Shown here: positions 14,391-28,555 of the stretch, in pieces | Layout of the letters: the number at the start of each line of letters is the position of its first letter | How positions within the stretch are numbered: the stretch's first letter is position 1 | From: Octopus sinensis | Taxonomy: Eukaryota | Direction: 5' to 3' | Length of the DNA: 64,000 bases | Assembly (NCBI RefSeq): GCF_006345805.1 | Contig: NC_042998.1 | Location: 118,234,001-118,298,000, forward strand | Position numbers and translations under genes: made by a program | The notes under the pieces: model-generated | What the model saw: the letters and a program-made list of their open reading frames with translations, nothing else | The model's database searches: none | Told to the model about the DNA's origin: nothing

Positions 14391-14836
14391 GATGATGACA
14401 TGACAAGCATTGATTATTGGAATCGACTCAGAAAGCTCGGGCTTTGTTGTATATCATCTGTATGATGTAGAAAATATTCCGTCCACATTGCTTATCCTTA
14501 AAATTCGTCCGAGGCTTCGCCCCCGTGCCATCCATCCACTACAGAAATGTTCGTATCGTATCACAACACTATGACATAACTATTTGGCCCTGCCCTCTTC
14601 AATATCGTGCTAAACACACATAAAGGAGGAAAGTGATTCCACGGCATTCAAACGATCCCTAGATGATTTCCCCCAACAAATACCAGATAAATCACCCACA
14701 CCCTGATATGTCTCTGAAAACAATAACCCTCTGATTGAATGGGCTAAGATTCCCCAGAGCTGGCTGTGTATCTCTTGCAGGTGGTACTATTAAATTAGAT
14801 ACGGCCAGAGTCAACTTCGGCCGAAACTTATCTAAG
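14391..14836 (+). mobile_element. CR1/L2-group LINE 3' fragment
   Basis: DDMTSIDYWNRLRKLGL matches DGMSDLDYWGRLEKLKL of the 31883 ORF. Same 3' end (GGTGGTACTATTAAATTAGATACGGCC...TTATCTAAG). Confidence 0.75.
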
Positions 14837-15300
14837 TGATTGTGGTGAAAGCTGATGATGGTGATGATCGAGATAAGTATAGGAGGAGGATAAAATAGTG
14901 GCGACAGGAGCAGTGTGATGTGTGATGCTGAGGTGATAGTGATAATAGTGGTGTTGATGATAGTGTTAGCTGTGTAATGGTGGTATTGTAGTGATTATAC
15001 TGATTGTAGTGGTGGTGAAAGTGACTGTCAAGGTAACCGTCATGATAACGTTGATTGCGCTGTATGCGGTCGAAGGGGAAGCAATGGCAATGCTGTTGAT
15101 GATGTTGGTGATTGTGGTGGTAGTAATAATGGTAGGATAGTTGTGGTCGTGATTGTGGTATGGTGGTAGTGATGGTGGTGGCGGTCGTCGTCGTCGTTGT
15201 AGTTCTGCTCCTGCTGGGCGGTTGTAGTGATGGCGGTATTACTAGTGGTGTGGTGACATCTGCTGACTGTGGTGGGTAGGTAATGGTACTATCATAACTG
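14837..15300. repeat. Degenerate (GTG/GAT/GTA)n low-complexity tract
   Basis: Interspersed GGT, GAT and AGT triplet runs. Confidence 0.7.
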
Positions 15301-15351
15301 CTTCAGATGATTCCTGTTTCTAAAAGTTTCTTTTTTATTCATATGGCTGTG

Positions 15352-15489
15352 TTATTTTTTTCACCCCGCCAAGGAGGTTATGTTTTGCCGGCATTGATTT
15401 GGGAAATTGGGCGATTTTCAGCATGCGCGTATATGGGTAGAAATGAGCTGCTTATTGGAGGTCTGCGCTCTCCGAGTGCTTTTCTAGTT
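15352..15489 (+). mobile_element. Minimal, internally deleted HINE element with both ends
   Basis: 5' CCCCGCCAAGGAGGTTATGTTTT. 3' GGAGGTCTGCGCTCTCCGAGTGCTTTTCTAGTT with a GCGCTC/GAGTGC hairpin and CTAG-TT end. Same family as 14016. Confidence 0.75.
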
Positions 15490-17463
15490 GCATTTTGAAA
15501 ATTACATAGCAAATAATTCTGTTTATGCAAACAATTATAAAGAATAACACTCCTTGAATTCAGGTTCATCCTGTGCTGTAATAGCATTAATACTTAAGCA
15601 AAGAAGGAAACATCTTACCATGTTTATAAGCCTGACCAAAAGCATGGGGTTCTGTCACAAATTTCAGTTAATCTCCAACATATTTAGAAATGCAGTCGAA
15701 ATGTCTTGCTCTCCTACCCAGAAGCATGGAAGTTTCGTTACAAATTTCCATTATTCTTTAAATGTATTTTGAAAACATTTAAGATTTAATATTATATATT
15801 TTAATTGTATTGGTTTTTCTTAAGCAAGTTCATTTTACATTTGCAACCAAATATGCTTGTTTTATTTTTATTCTTTCATCTAGTTGATTGTAGATTTGCA
15901 CATACATCTGATGAGCGTTTTTTTTTTTATTTCGTTATCCTTCCTTAAATTTTATTCCATGATCTCTATATTGCCTCCAAGATGTATGTAGATATATTTG
16001 AATGATTTTAAAATGTTCATACCGGTGAGATATATTTCTATTCTAGTTTCCATACCGGCAATTAGGAACTAGAATTTTATAGTACCTATAAAATAGTTTT
16101 ATTATATGTACTATAAAGTTTTAAACTTTAATATTCAATCATAATGTTACTATAACATCATGTATTTTACAATTCCACAAAAATAAATACCATATACGCA
16201 CATATATGCACAGATACATATACATACAAACCGACAAAAATCTCATAAACATTTATATTACCTTCAACAAGCCTATAAAAGTAGATACATATTTAATAAA
16301 ATTATATCGTGGGTAAAATACATTACGAATGAAATTTAAAGTGAAAACTTAATATGATTGTTTTATTTTACAATATAACATTTCCCGAACTTTTATAATG
16401 ATGACATCAAAACATGTTAAAATATAAGTACATAGAAAAACTAGGTATGCACATGCGTATACTCACTGACATAAGCATATACACATGGAAAAATATATAA
16501 ATACAATTATCCAATTATATACGCATATATACATACATACACACATACACATTATAATTGAAATTGACAGATATAAATAAGTATGCGATATAAATTTTCC
16601 TCTACTTATTCTCCATAATACAATGTTAAATTTAAGAGAATAGTATCAAGTAGGGCCACTCCTTGGACATTTCATTCAAAATAACAGTCATCGCTTCTTT
16701 TATACCTCATTTATCAAATTTTAATTTTTACAAAAATATCATTGTGCAGTATATCTTCATATAGAATTTAAATAACAAATAGAGTAACAAACCGTTTCCA
16801 AGATGAAATTTTTACTTTTTCTACGTATAAGAGAAATAATTTTTTTTTAGATGTTGTAAACGTCATCAACTGAGATTTATGCAAGGAAATACACATTTCA
16901 AAATAAAGTGACAATAATTGTACTACTGAAACCCAACTCAGTAAACATCATGCACGCACACAAACACACACATACATACATACACACATGCACATACAAA
17001 CACGCGAATATGAAAAGAAAAATACGCACACACACAAATACACATCTACACACACACATACTTATATAGCTTTATGTTTTCTGTAACGATGGTTAACCGA
17101 TGCAGACACATTTCAACAAACATATGTCACACTTCACATACCAAATCTTTTTTTCCGATGTAAAACATATCAAAACGCAGTTCACAGTAATAAGCTACAG
17201 AAGCAGTAGATTGGATCAATATCTCTGTTTCAGATAACCATAGGATATTTGACTTTACTTGAGTATACAACTTTCAGAACATTTGGGAAAAAAGCCTGCT
17301 TCCTGGCAACTCAAGTGCTTCCCTACAGATACCAGTCAATAAGTTTTCCTGTGGAAACCCCTCGCTTTACCCTTAACTTCCACAAAATGTAACTGCTAAT
17401 GTCACGATTAATATTTCCAGAACTAATTTATGAGGAATTTTATGAAAATACAAATGTGTGTGA

Positions 17464-17514
<51 letters not shown>

Positions 17515-17517
<3 letters not shown>

Positions 17518-17705
17518 AGAGTTTACGAAAAACAAAAGACGAAGACAGGTGGTGTACAAAACAAACAGCTGTATTAGCATAACGCTCAGGAATAGAAAAA
17601 AAGTGTTTTACGTTTCGAGCCTACGCTCTTCTACAGAAAGGGACACAGAAAAAACAAGGAGAGAAACAAGGAGAGAAAAAATGTGTGTAGTGGCTAACGA
17701 TCTAT
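17515..17705 (-). mobile_element. Penelope-like terminal repeat remnant in (TA)n, with decayed hammerhead
   Basis: Minus strand reads CTGTAGA-A-GAGC-GTAG-GCTC-GAAA-CG-TA. Homologous to the 37320-37400 and 47130-47230 regions. (TA)n on both sides. Confidence 0.65.
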
Positions 17706-18069
17706 CATATATATATATATATATATATATACGTTTGTGTGTGTTAAATGCCGACAAAGAAACACTAGTGTGTTTGTGTATGTGTGCATGCGTATATGTG
17801 CGTATTTATGTTTGTATGTATGTCTGTTTATTATCTGTACATCGTGGAAGAACTATATCTTTTTAAGTAATATTTTAGTTGCAAAATTTTCCATTTCGAA
17901 CTGTAAACAATTACGCATGTCTTGTTCCCACAAACAGGCGCGCGCGCAGTGAGAGTCTTCGCTCAAAATCTCATTGCAAATAAATGACGTATACTCACAC
18001 ATATTCTCGTACAAATACGGCATTGACCATTATATGAAACTTCAAATTAAAAAATACTTTGGGGTTTTA

Positions 18070-18480
18070 ACATACAGTGCGACCAAGTCATAGAGGCAAG
18101 ACGTCCAGATATCGTGATCATCCATAAAGATGAAAAAGAAGAAAAGGTAATAGATTCGGCGGAGGTGTAAGGAAGAAAAAGAATGAAAGATACCAGCTGC
18201 TGCTGGATGAAATAGGAAAATTATGAGGCATGAGGAAAGTATTGGTGATACCTGTTATAATTGGAGCATTAGTAGTTTCCAAGGGCAGTGGAACAAAATT
18301 AAGAATATTGGAGTTCTTGTCAGGTTCAAAGAGATCCAGAAGACAGCGTCGTTGTGTAAAGCTCACATCCTAAGGAGAGTATTGTTACTTTGAGAAGGCA
18401 CTATTTGATACCTTTGGTGATTTGTTATTGCCTGCTTTCAAGTAAAGAACAACCGAAGAACTATCCGAGAGGCTTTCAGA
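18070..18480 (+). mobile_element. R4/Dong-type LINE 3' remnant (family C)
   Basis: CDQVIEARRPDIVII (endonuclease PD motif) and VIPVIIGAL...EIQKTASL..AHILRRVL. Ends in (AAT)n. Confidence 0.7.
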
Positions 18481-18558
18481 ATAACAATAATACCAATAAT
18501 AATAATAACAATATTAATAATAATATTATTATTATTAATAATAATAATAATAATAATA

Positions 18559-18614
<56 letters not shown>

Positions 18615-18623
18615 TATGATAAT

Positions 18624-18677
<54 letters not shown>

Positions 18678-18691
18678 TATTATTATTATTA

Positions 18692-18753
<62 letters not shown>
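18481..18753. repeat. (AAT)n tract switching polarity to (ATT)n
   Basis: Direct reading; the switch is near 18676. Confidence 0.95.
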
Positions 18754-18860
18754 GTGTTCCTTGGATATGTGCTGTGGTTTGCTGTGATGACCATATGAGC
18801 ATCACAGCAAACCACAGCACATACCCAAAGCGAAAGTACGCTATAAAAATAAAACTACTG
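18754..18860 (+). mobile_element. R4/Dong family B 3' tip with inverted duplication
   Basis: Ends ACGCTATAAAAATAAAACTACTG-(AAT)n like the 24291 copy. Arms at 18760-18789 and 18800-18830 are inverted. Confidence 0.75.
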
Positions 18861-19089
18861 AATAATAATAATAATACATTTTTGTGCTAACCGAAAAGAG
18901 AAAGGGGAGCTTAAAAGTGAACAAAAATACGGGGCATGAACAGGAAGTATGATATTGAAAGAAAGCGTCTGAAAATGGTAATTGAGGCATTGAAACAGTG
19001 CCTCGTTGCAAAGAAAGCGACGATGGTATGATGCGACCAAAGAATGAAGGGTTACCACCAGAATAGGTTAAATGTCGAGCAACTAACAC

Positions 19090-19900
19090 CAAAGTGGTTG
19101 ATATTGGTTAGGACAGTGTTGTGCCTGAAAAACATCGGAAAAGGCAATACGGTAGGCAATACAGGCCGAAATCCTGTTTGCCATTTATGTGGAAGTTATT
19201 GACTGAAATTACTTGCAATGTCAATGTACGAACATTTGGGGGAAATCTTGAAAGCAAACGTGTCTTTTGATGGGGAACAAGTTGTTAGAATTAAAATTAT
19301 TGGAGCGGGAAAATGTATTAGTTAAACTTTTATTGGTACTTTGTTAGTGATGTTTTGTTTTGTGGTGTGTTTGTTGAGTCTGCCTGCGTCTAGTAATTAG
19401 AAGGTGAATATTCTTTCTTGAGTTGAGAGTAGTGACAGATTTTAGGATTCCACCATGTGTGTAGATTGTAGAGCATACGAATGTTTATGGATGTTCCTGG
19501 GTTAATTGCTTATATCTGATTTTAGAAATGATGTGATGGAGAATCGATTGCAAGTAAGGGTAATGTAAAGGTGATGCAGACGCGAAGAACTTCTCTTTAA
19601 TCGCGAACATAGTAGTAGTAGTGACAGAACCAGTAGTAGATAATAGAGATTCTGTCAGCAACGACGATGAATAAAAAGGTTTGGTTGCTAGGCGATTGTG
19701 TACAATTACAAAGAGATGAAGGAAATGGGTTGTGCCTACACAAATGGGACTGGTAGCGATAAGGTAACGAAGGTCAGAGCTAAGTAAAGCCTGTTGCTTT
19801 GTTCTTGTCCTTCCTGAACTGTACCATAACAATGGTTGATGACTGGAACTTTTCGATGTGATCTTTTTATTTTTTTTTTGATAAAATGGAAAATGTATTT
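19090..19900 (-). mobile_element. Possible decayed LINE endonuclease/ORF remnant
   Basis: Weak endonuclease-like motifs on the minus strand only; no intact frame. Confidence 0.3.
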
Positions 19901-20236
19901 CTGTTTTGTAATTTAACAATTTATCTTACTGATCGATTATTGAAAATGAGGATAATTCTGGTAGAAAAGTCATTGAAACATGACACATGTGCATTCTCTG
20001 CTTCGGAGACACCGAACAAGGCGCCGATGAGTGTATCAATCTCATTCTCTGACCAGTTGTAGTAATTACAGATATGGAATTTGTTCATCGTTTGGTAGAA
20101 CGGCAGTCAAACTTTCAAATATACACGTCTATTTTTTATCCATATTATTATTATTATTATTATTATTATCATTAGTAGTAGTAGTAGTAGTATTACTACT
20201 ACTACTACTACTACAACAACAACTACTACTACTACA

Positions 20237-20275
<39 letters not shown>

Positions 20276-20320
20276 ATTGCCATTACTAGTATTATTATGA
20301 TTATTATTATTATTATTAAT

Positions 20321-21830
20321 GTGTTTGTCCGTTTTTCAAATTTTCTTCCATTTATCGCCGAGTGATTTCCGTACACCTAAGGCAGAGAAGCTCATTGTAT
20401 GTATTCCCAGTTTACATACGCAAATTCACAGGTAAAACATGTATTTAAAAAATTAATAAATGAATAAATTCATGAATGGATGTCGTTTTCACAGCGATAA
20501 TTCTTTTCTTAGTACACGAGTGGTTCCAGTTAACACGATTATTTGCACTTCCTGTAGGGATGGTAAGCCTGGTATCATTTTCAAATAGGTTTCAGTACCT
20601 TTTTTTTATCATACCTTGAGATCCTACAATCACTGGTACTGTAGTCGCCTTGAGATGCCACATTTTTTTCAATTTCTGTTAGCAAGTTTTTATATTTACT
20701 GATCTTGTCAAATTCTTCCCCCGCTATATTGTGATCGCAAGGAATACTCATGTCAATTAATAAACACACCTTTTTTGTCTGATCTTTATAATAATATCCG
20801 GTTTATTAGCTTTTATAATTTTGTCGTTATGTACGGGGAAGTCCTATAGAATCGACACATTTTCTCCCTCAGCCACAGCTTCAGGATGGTGTTTACACCA
20901 TTTGTCAGCGGTTTCGATTTTATAATGCCGACATATTGTCCAGTGTAAATACTGGCCGACTCTGTCATGTCTTGCTTTATATTCTACAGGTGCTCAAACT
21001 CTACATGCTGAGATTAGGTGGTCTATACCAAATAGGTTCATATACACCATAATCCAAGAATGTGGGATCGTATCGTACATGGCAATTACCCCTGCACTAT
21101 ATCTAAGAAGTGAAACCGCTCAGGTATTGTTAGCTTCGATCTTATTCCATCTGATTAATTTCGTCTTAAGGATCAGTCTCAGTCTGCACAAGTACTCCAC
21201 CTTAAATTTTTCTGTCGTTTCTTTCTCTATCAATTTATCCATTTCCAATATCCCAAAGTACTTATAGGCCATCTCTTTGATCTGCTTCATAACCTCCCCT
21301 GACGCTAAAGTTAGCCTGTACAAACATTTGATTTTGCCTCTCTTCAATACTAACACAGAACACTTTCTGAGTCCGAAATCCATTCTGATATCATTACTGA
21401 AGGTATACACCGTATCAACGAGGGAAATGACTTGGGATTCCTCTTTAGCATAAAGTCTCAAGCCATCCAATGGTCGACATTTTGTTGGCGGCTTGTGAAT
21501 ACACTTTCCTCAGAATCAGTGTTACTGGTATCAAGCACAGTGCAAAGATCAGTGAGGACAGGCAGTCACCTTGGAAGATGCCCCTCAGAATCCAAGAATG
21601 TGGTATCATATCGTACGCCTTATGATAGTCGATCCATGGCATGGCTAAGTTACTTTTCCTCCTCTTACAGTTTTGTCTATCAGGAGTTGATCCCTGGTAC
21701 CCCTGCCCTTACGCTTGCAGCCCTTCTGCTCATGTCGCAGGACTCCATTTTTTTCAAGCTATCCGTATATCTAAGTCTTCTTTATTCTGTATTTTTTCTG
21801 TCTTTTTCTTTTCACCTGTTATAAAATTGT
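20321..21830 (-). mobile_element. R4/Dong-type LINE remnant (family D), internally rearranged
   Basis: WIDYHKAYDMIPHSWI, RGIFQGDCLS, MDGLRLYAK, FGLRKC, YKYFGILE, RHDRVGQYLHW, KPDIII and CLLIDMSIP. The 3' end abuts an AAT-type tract. Confidence 0.85.
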
Positions 21831-22018
21831 AACTTAAAAACTGATGATGTCATTCCATCAACGTGTGGATGTTAGTTGCTCTCGTTCACACTTTACGTTT
21901 AAATTGCTATAATTTTGAATTTTTCTCACTTCTTATTTTGAATTGTCAAAGAAGTACTGTTGAAATATCGTTCAACTAATAAAATATCTTACGATCGATT
22001 CGCGCTCTTCGTCTTGAC

Positions 22019-22080
<62 letters not shown>

Positions 22081-22103
22081 TAATAATGATAATAATAATA
22101 ATA

Positions 22104-22210
22104 CCAAATAAATGGCACCTTAGTGATAAAACCAATTTGAACTTCTAACTTGGTTCGTGAGTTCCCTGGGTCACACTTAGAGACAACTTGTACAAATAAA
22201 AAGCAAAAGG
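22104..22210 (+). mobile_element. R4/Dong 3' tip related to family A, between (AAT)n tracts
   Basis: Ends CAACTTGTACAAATAAAAAGCAAAAG, matching the family A end at 29958-29985. Confidence 0.55.
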
Positions 22211-22211
22211 C

Positions 22212-22271
<60 letters not shown>

Positions 22272-22273
22272 TA

Positions 22274-22645
22274 TATCGATATCAATACCAACAGATGACA
22301 TTGTCACTCAAAAACAAAACGGAGAAACTTTCAAACTGCAAAGATCTGGAAATAGAGGTAACTCGAATGTGGGGCCTAAAAATACATGCAATTCCTATCA
22401 TAGTAGGCGCATTTGGTACGATATAAAAAAAAAGCATTGATACAACTACATAATGAAAATACCCGGTCTTAACAAGTATATACAATATACAGAAAATAGA
22501 ACAACTAGGCACCGCACACATCCTACGTAAAATACTTACAATACAAGGAAAATAAGAGCAACAAAACGCACGGCAGCATGTACCGAAGGCACAGAGAGCT
22601 GCGCTCGGTAGTGTAGAGAAAGGACGTGGTAAAAATAATACTGAA
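22274..22645 (+). mobile_element. R4/Dong family B-like 3' fragment
   Basis: DLEIEVTRMWGLK..IPIIVGAFG and LGTAHILRKIL. The 3' UTR contains GAGCTGCGCTCGGTAGTG. Confidence 0.75.
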
Positions 22646-22654
22646 TTATAATGA

Positions 22655-22660
22655 TGAGAA

Positions 22661-22692
<32 letters not shown>

Positions 22693-22703
22693 AGACGACG
22701 ACG

Positions 22704-22734
<31 letters not shown>

Positions 22735-22925
22735 TGAAGAAGAAGAAGATGAAGAAGAAGAAGTTGAAGAAGAAGAAGAAGAAGGGGAAGAAGAAGAAGA
22801 AGACGACGACGACGAAGAAGAAGAAGAAGAAGAAGAAGAAGGAGAAGAAGAAGAAGAAGAAGAAGAAGAAGAAGAAGAAGAAGAAGAAGAAGAAGAAGAA
22901 GGAGGAGGAGGAGGAGGAGGAGGAG
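22655..22925 (+). repeat. Interrupted (GAA)n purine tract ending in (GGA)n
   Basis: Direct reading; it explains the poly-K, poly-L and poly-F ORFs. Confidence 0.95.
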
Positions 22926-23039
22926 GCTATAATACCAAGGATTGCAAGAGCACTTGCAATACACAAAAAAGGAACTGAAAATTATTTAAGAATGCTCTTA
23001 GGCTTACCATCCATAAAGGAGGTGCAAAAGATTGTATTA

Positions 23040-24402
<1,363 letters not shown>

Positions 24403-24428
24403 GTAAATGTTCTGCTCAATAGCACATA

Positions 24429-27400
24429 ATGTTCGTCCTTCGGTTCGAAGATGACCAACTGACATCATCTGATGGAACTGCCGCCATGAGACCTGAGCTG
24501 GCTGGTGAGGCCAATCCGGGCAAGGAAGCCCCTCCCACAGGTGGGGCGAAGTGGGTAGGGGCCGTGCTACTGGTGCAGGCGGCTCTGGCTTTACGCATCT
24601 GACGTTTCTGCTCCGCTGACCGAATCCGTCCCTCCTCGGCTGTCCCTGCTCCCACGGTGATTGCGCTGCGCCAGGATGAGCGGTTGGCAGCAAGTGTCTC
24701 CCAGGTCTCTGTTCCGATGGAGAAGTCTTTGAGAGAGACCTTGAGACTATCCTTGTAGCGCTTCTTCTGCCCTCCGACTTTGCGCCTGCCCTGGCCGAGT
24801 TCACCGTAGAAGAGCTGTTTTGGGATGCGAGTGTCGGACATGCGGGAGACGTGGCCCGCCCATCTCAGCTGGGCCTTGCGCATGATTGTGATGGTGCTAG
24901 GGAGATCTGCCTGCTTCAGAACTTCCGTGTCTGGGACTTTGTCCTGCCAGCGGATGTGAAGGAGGTTCCGAAGACACCTGAGATGGAAGTGGTTTATCTG
25001 GCGCTCGTGCCTTCGGTAAGCAGTCCACGTCTCGCAGCCGTATAGTAGGGTGGTAAGCACGACTGCCCGGTAGACTTTCAGCTTGGTGCTGAGGCTGATT
25101 CCTCTCCGCTCCCAGACTTTCTTTCGCAGTCTCCCAAACGCGCTGCTTGCCTTGGAGATTCTGTTGATGGTTTCAGCATCTATGTTGGCATTGCAGGAGA
25201 GAGTGCTGCCCAGGTAGGTGAAGTTTTCCACCACTCGTAGGATCCGTCCGTTCACCCTTATCTGAGGCTCATGGTATTGTTTGCCGGGGGCTGGCTGAAA
25301 CATCACTTCGGTTTTCTTGGCACTGATGGTGAGACCGAAGTTGTCACAGGCTGATGAGAACCTGTCCATCTCGAGCTGCATCTCCTGCTCATCGATTGCA
25401 TTAAGGGCTCATCGACAGCATTGCCGAGAACATGATGCTGAACAGTGTTGGGGCCAGGACACAGCCTGCCTGACTCCGTTGGTCACCTGGAAGGTTTCAG
25501 ATGAGTTGCCGTCTTCAAGGACTCTGGCTGTCATTCCGTCGTGGAACTGGCGGACAATTGCAATAAATTTGCTGGGGCAACCAAATTTTCCCATGACCTT
25601 CCATAGTCCCTCCCCACTGACTGTATCAAAGGCCTTGGTGAGGTCAACAAAGGTCATGCAGAGGTCAAGGTGCTGCTCCATGCATTTCTCCTGGAGCTGG
25701 CGGGCGGCGAATATCATGTCAGTGGTCCCTCGACCCGCGCGGAAGCCACACTGGCTCTCAGGGAGAAGGCCTTGCTCCAAGTGTTCCAGAAGGCGGTCAA
25801 GCAGGACCCGGGCCAGGATCTTGCCTGCTATGGACAAGAGGGAGATACCTCGGTGATTGTCGCAGGACTGCCGATCTCCTTTCCGCTTATAAATGTGGAC
25901 GATTGTTGCGTCCCGGAAATCTTGAGGGAGTTGTTCCCTGTCCCACATCGACTGGAACAGGCTGGTGAGCTGACTGATCATGGTGGGGCCGCCCGACTTG
26001 AACACCTCTGCAGGGATGGCGTCAGAGCCTGGAGCTTTGCCGGTGGACATTTTTTGATGGCTCTGCTCACTTCTTCGACTGCAGGGGGAACAGCCAACTC
26101 GTGGTTTGTCGGCACCTGGGGGAGTCGTGCGATGGCTTCCTCGTTGATCTGGGTTGGTCGGTTGAGCACGATGTTGAAATGCTCCGCCCATCTCTCCAGG
26201 ATCAGCCTCTTGTTAGTCAGGAGTGAGGTTCCATCCGAGCTGAGCAGGGGGGTTGATCCAAAGGAGAACTGCTGTCCATAGACAGCTTTCAGCGCCTCGT
26301 ATAATTTCTTGGTGTCGTGTTTGTCTGCGTATCCCTGAATCTCATCCGCCTTGGCGCTTAACCATGCGTCTTGCATGAGGCGGAGTTTAGCCTGGACTGT
26401 GCTGCGAATGTTGTTGAAAGCGGCCTTCTTTGCCGTGCAGGTGGTGTCATTTTGGTGAGCCCGCAGCAGACGGCGTTTCCCTTCCAGGAGCTTTTGGATT
26501 TCCTGGTCGTTTTCGTCGAACCAGTCCTGGTGGTTCCTCGTAACTTGGCCCAGAGTTTCAAGGGCGATGGAATGAACCATGTCCCTGAATGATTCCCACT
26601 GCTCATCGATGCTGGACTGGTCACTCCGAATGTCCAACAGCTTGCTGTCCATACGTGACTGGAGATCTTGTGCAGTCAGCTGGTTCTTTAATTTCGTGAT
26701 GTCAAGCTTCCTCGTCACTTTCTGACCCTGTGGTCTTCTCTTAGGTCGTATGTAGAAATCCATCCTGGAGATGATGAGGCGATGGACATTTTTTGATGGC
26801 TCTGCTCACTTCTTCGACTGCAGGGGGAACAGGAGGAGCTGTCCGTTGCTGTTGCACTTTCCGATTCCTTGCTTTCCCAGTACGCGATGCCAGGCTTGGT
26901 GGTCAGTCCCGACACGGGCGTTAAAATCCCCAAGGAGGATGAGCTTCCCAGGCTGGGCTGACGTGATGAGGGAGTCGAGTTCCTCATAGAACCTGTCCTT
27001 AACTTCTTCAGGGTTGGTCATGGTGGGGGCGTAAGCACTGATGATGGTCGCACTAGTCTTGTTTCCAAGTGGGAGCTGCATCTTCATCAGCCGATCGTTG
27101 ATGCCCTCGGGGGGTCTTTCCAGTTTCCGCACGTGTACTGACTTAATGGCAAAACCAACACCAGCCTCACGACGCTCTTCGCTGCTGCGACCACTCCAAA
27201 AGAAAGTGTAGCCGCCGCCTGTCACTGTCAGCTGGCCTTTGTCCGCAAGGCGGGTCTCGCTCAGTGCTGCAATATCGACATTGTATCGGCTCAGTTCTCT
27301 GACCACCAGGGCAGTTCGTCTCTCTGGTCTGTCCGCTTTGGTGTTGTCAAGCAGAGTTCTCACCTTCCAAGTTGCGAAAGTGAGCACCTTTGTTTGTTTT

Positions 27401-28113
27401 CTTCTTTCTTTGTTTCGACCGCTTGGAAAGGATCCCCGCCAGCCGCGGTTTGCTGACCAGGGTGAGGTGAGGCAGGCTATGTTTAGGGCAACCTTTTCTA
27501 GCCCCGTCCTCATGCTGGGAAGGCGAGCAGAGCGATCCTGAAGAGGGCTGCTCGGTCACTCAGGAGGCTGCCGGACTCCACTGCTGCCTCAGTTCAGTGA
27601 GGGGCGACCACATGTCCTGAGCCGCCTGTGTGTGGGTTCACGACTGCAGCTCCCAGTGTATCCTCACCTGCTACTTCGCCGTTTCCCCATCGCCACAGGA
27701 CTTTGTGATGGTGTCATGACGTCATGATGTCGTGACATGCGCGTGAATTGGATTATAGTGAGGGTGACTTGCGCAGGATCAGCCTCACTCTCTCGTCCTG
27801 GTGCGCCGGATCCAGTGGCAAAACAAAGTCAAGACGACTGGGGGTAGACCAAGATGCAGGAGCTGCCGGAAGATGGCACGCATGGCGCAATCCAACCGCC
27901 TTACGGGCTCCACTCCGGATTTTGGATGGCCATTGACTCATGAGAGAGTTCCTCTGCCCTTTGACAGGTTTTGTTTTTAGTCCTGCTGGGTGTCTAAATC
28001 ACCCTCCTCACCAAGAAATCTTGGTGGGGTTGCCAGTTTAGTCGCCAACGACCCGACCATGTAACAGGTTGTACTGGGTTACATGTTACCAGTAGCTCCA
28101 AGCGGAGACCTGA
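24429..28113 (-). mobile_element. Near full-length RTE-clade (BovB-like) LINE, pseudogenised
   Basis: Endonuclease: TFATWKVRTLLD, ALSETRL, LILLGDFNARVG. RT: NHRGISLL, PESQCGFRAGRGTTDMIF, FVDLTKAFDTV, GVRQ, FTYLGS, AQLRWAGHV. 3' end GGTCATCTTCGAACCGAAGGACGAACAT. Imperfect target duplication CAATAGCACATA (24417-24428) / CAATAAGCATATA (28114-28126). Confidence 0.95.
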
Positions 28114-28538
28114 CAATAAGCATATATGTGCTTGTCAGTTGTTTGAGCTTAACCAGTTGAGCATGTTCCTTAGTGGCCGAGGATGTGTGCAGCTCTGATC
28201 ACCAGCAGAAGTATTGGGGGTGCATCATAGCCAATAGTTGAAAGGAATTCTTTGGAGTTTGGTTAATTCACCTTTGGAAACATTGGTGTTTCGTTCAGCA
28301 ACCTGAAACAACCCTTATTCTGATACCTTTTGAACTGGATGGGCTACTCGACGTGAGGAAAATTCTAACTCTGCCCTACCTGGAAGGCCGGGAGCTGTTT
28401 ATCTTGATATGATAACACCATATCGCGCACATATGGTTGTGATGCATGTGTCTGGTACACATTTATCAGACGAGAGGTCATGGTGGGTATACTGTTTTCG
28501 TATATTTTACTTTGATGGCATGCACTGCTCTCTCAGTC
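28114..28538 (+). mobile_element. 5'-truncated copy of the ~550 bp (AAT)-tailed retroposon body, split by the RTE insertion
   Basis: Aligns with 28690-29240 and 57223-57778. Its upstream stub TAAATGTTCTGCTCAATAGCAC lies at about 24404-24425 on the other side of the RTE. Confidence 0.8.
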
Positions 28539-28555
28539 AATAATAATAATAATAA

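Noticed and set aside
15590-15700. Possible minus-strand exon pair with a 48-nt intron
   Set aside because: An in-frame stop lies just upstream, the acceptor is weak, and the peptide is not recognisable.
18390-18890. ORFs with poly-Asn, Ile, Tyr, Lys or Leu here and at 22536-23057, 29136-29400 and elsewhere
   Set aside because: They are translations of trinucleotide microsatellites lacking stops in some frames.
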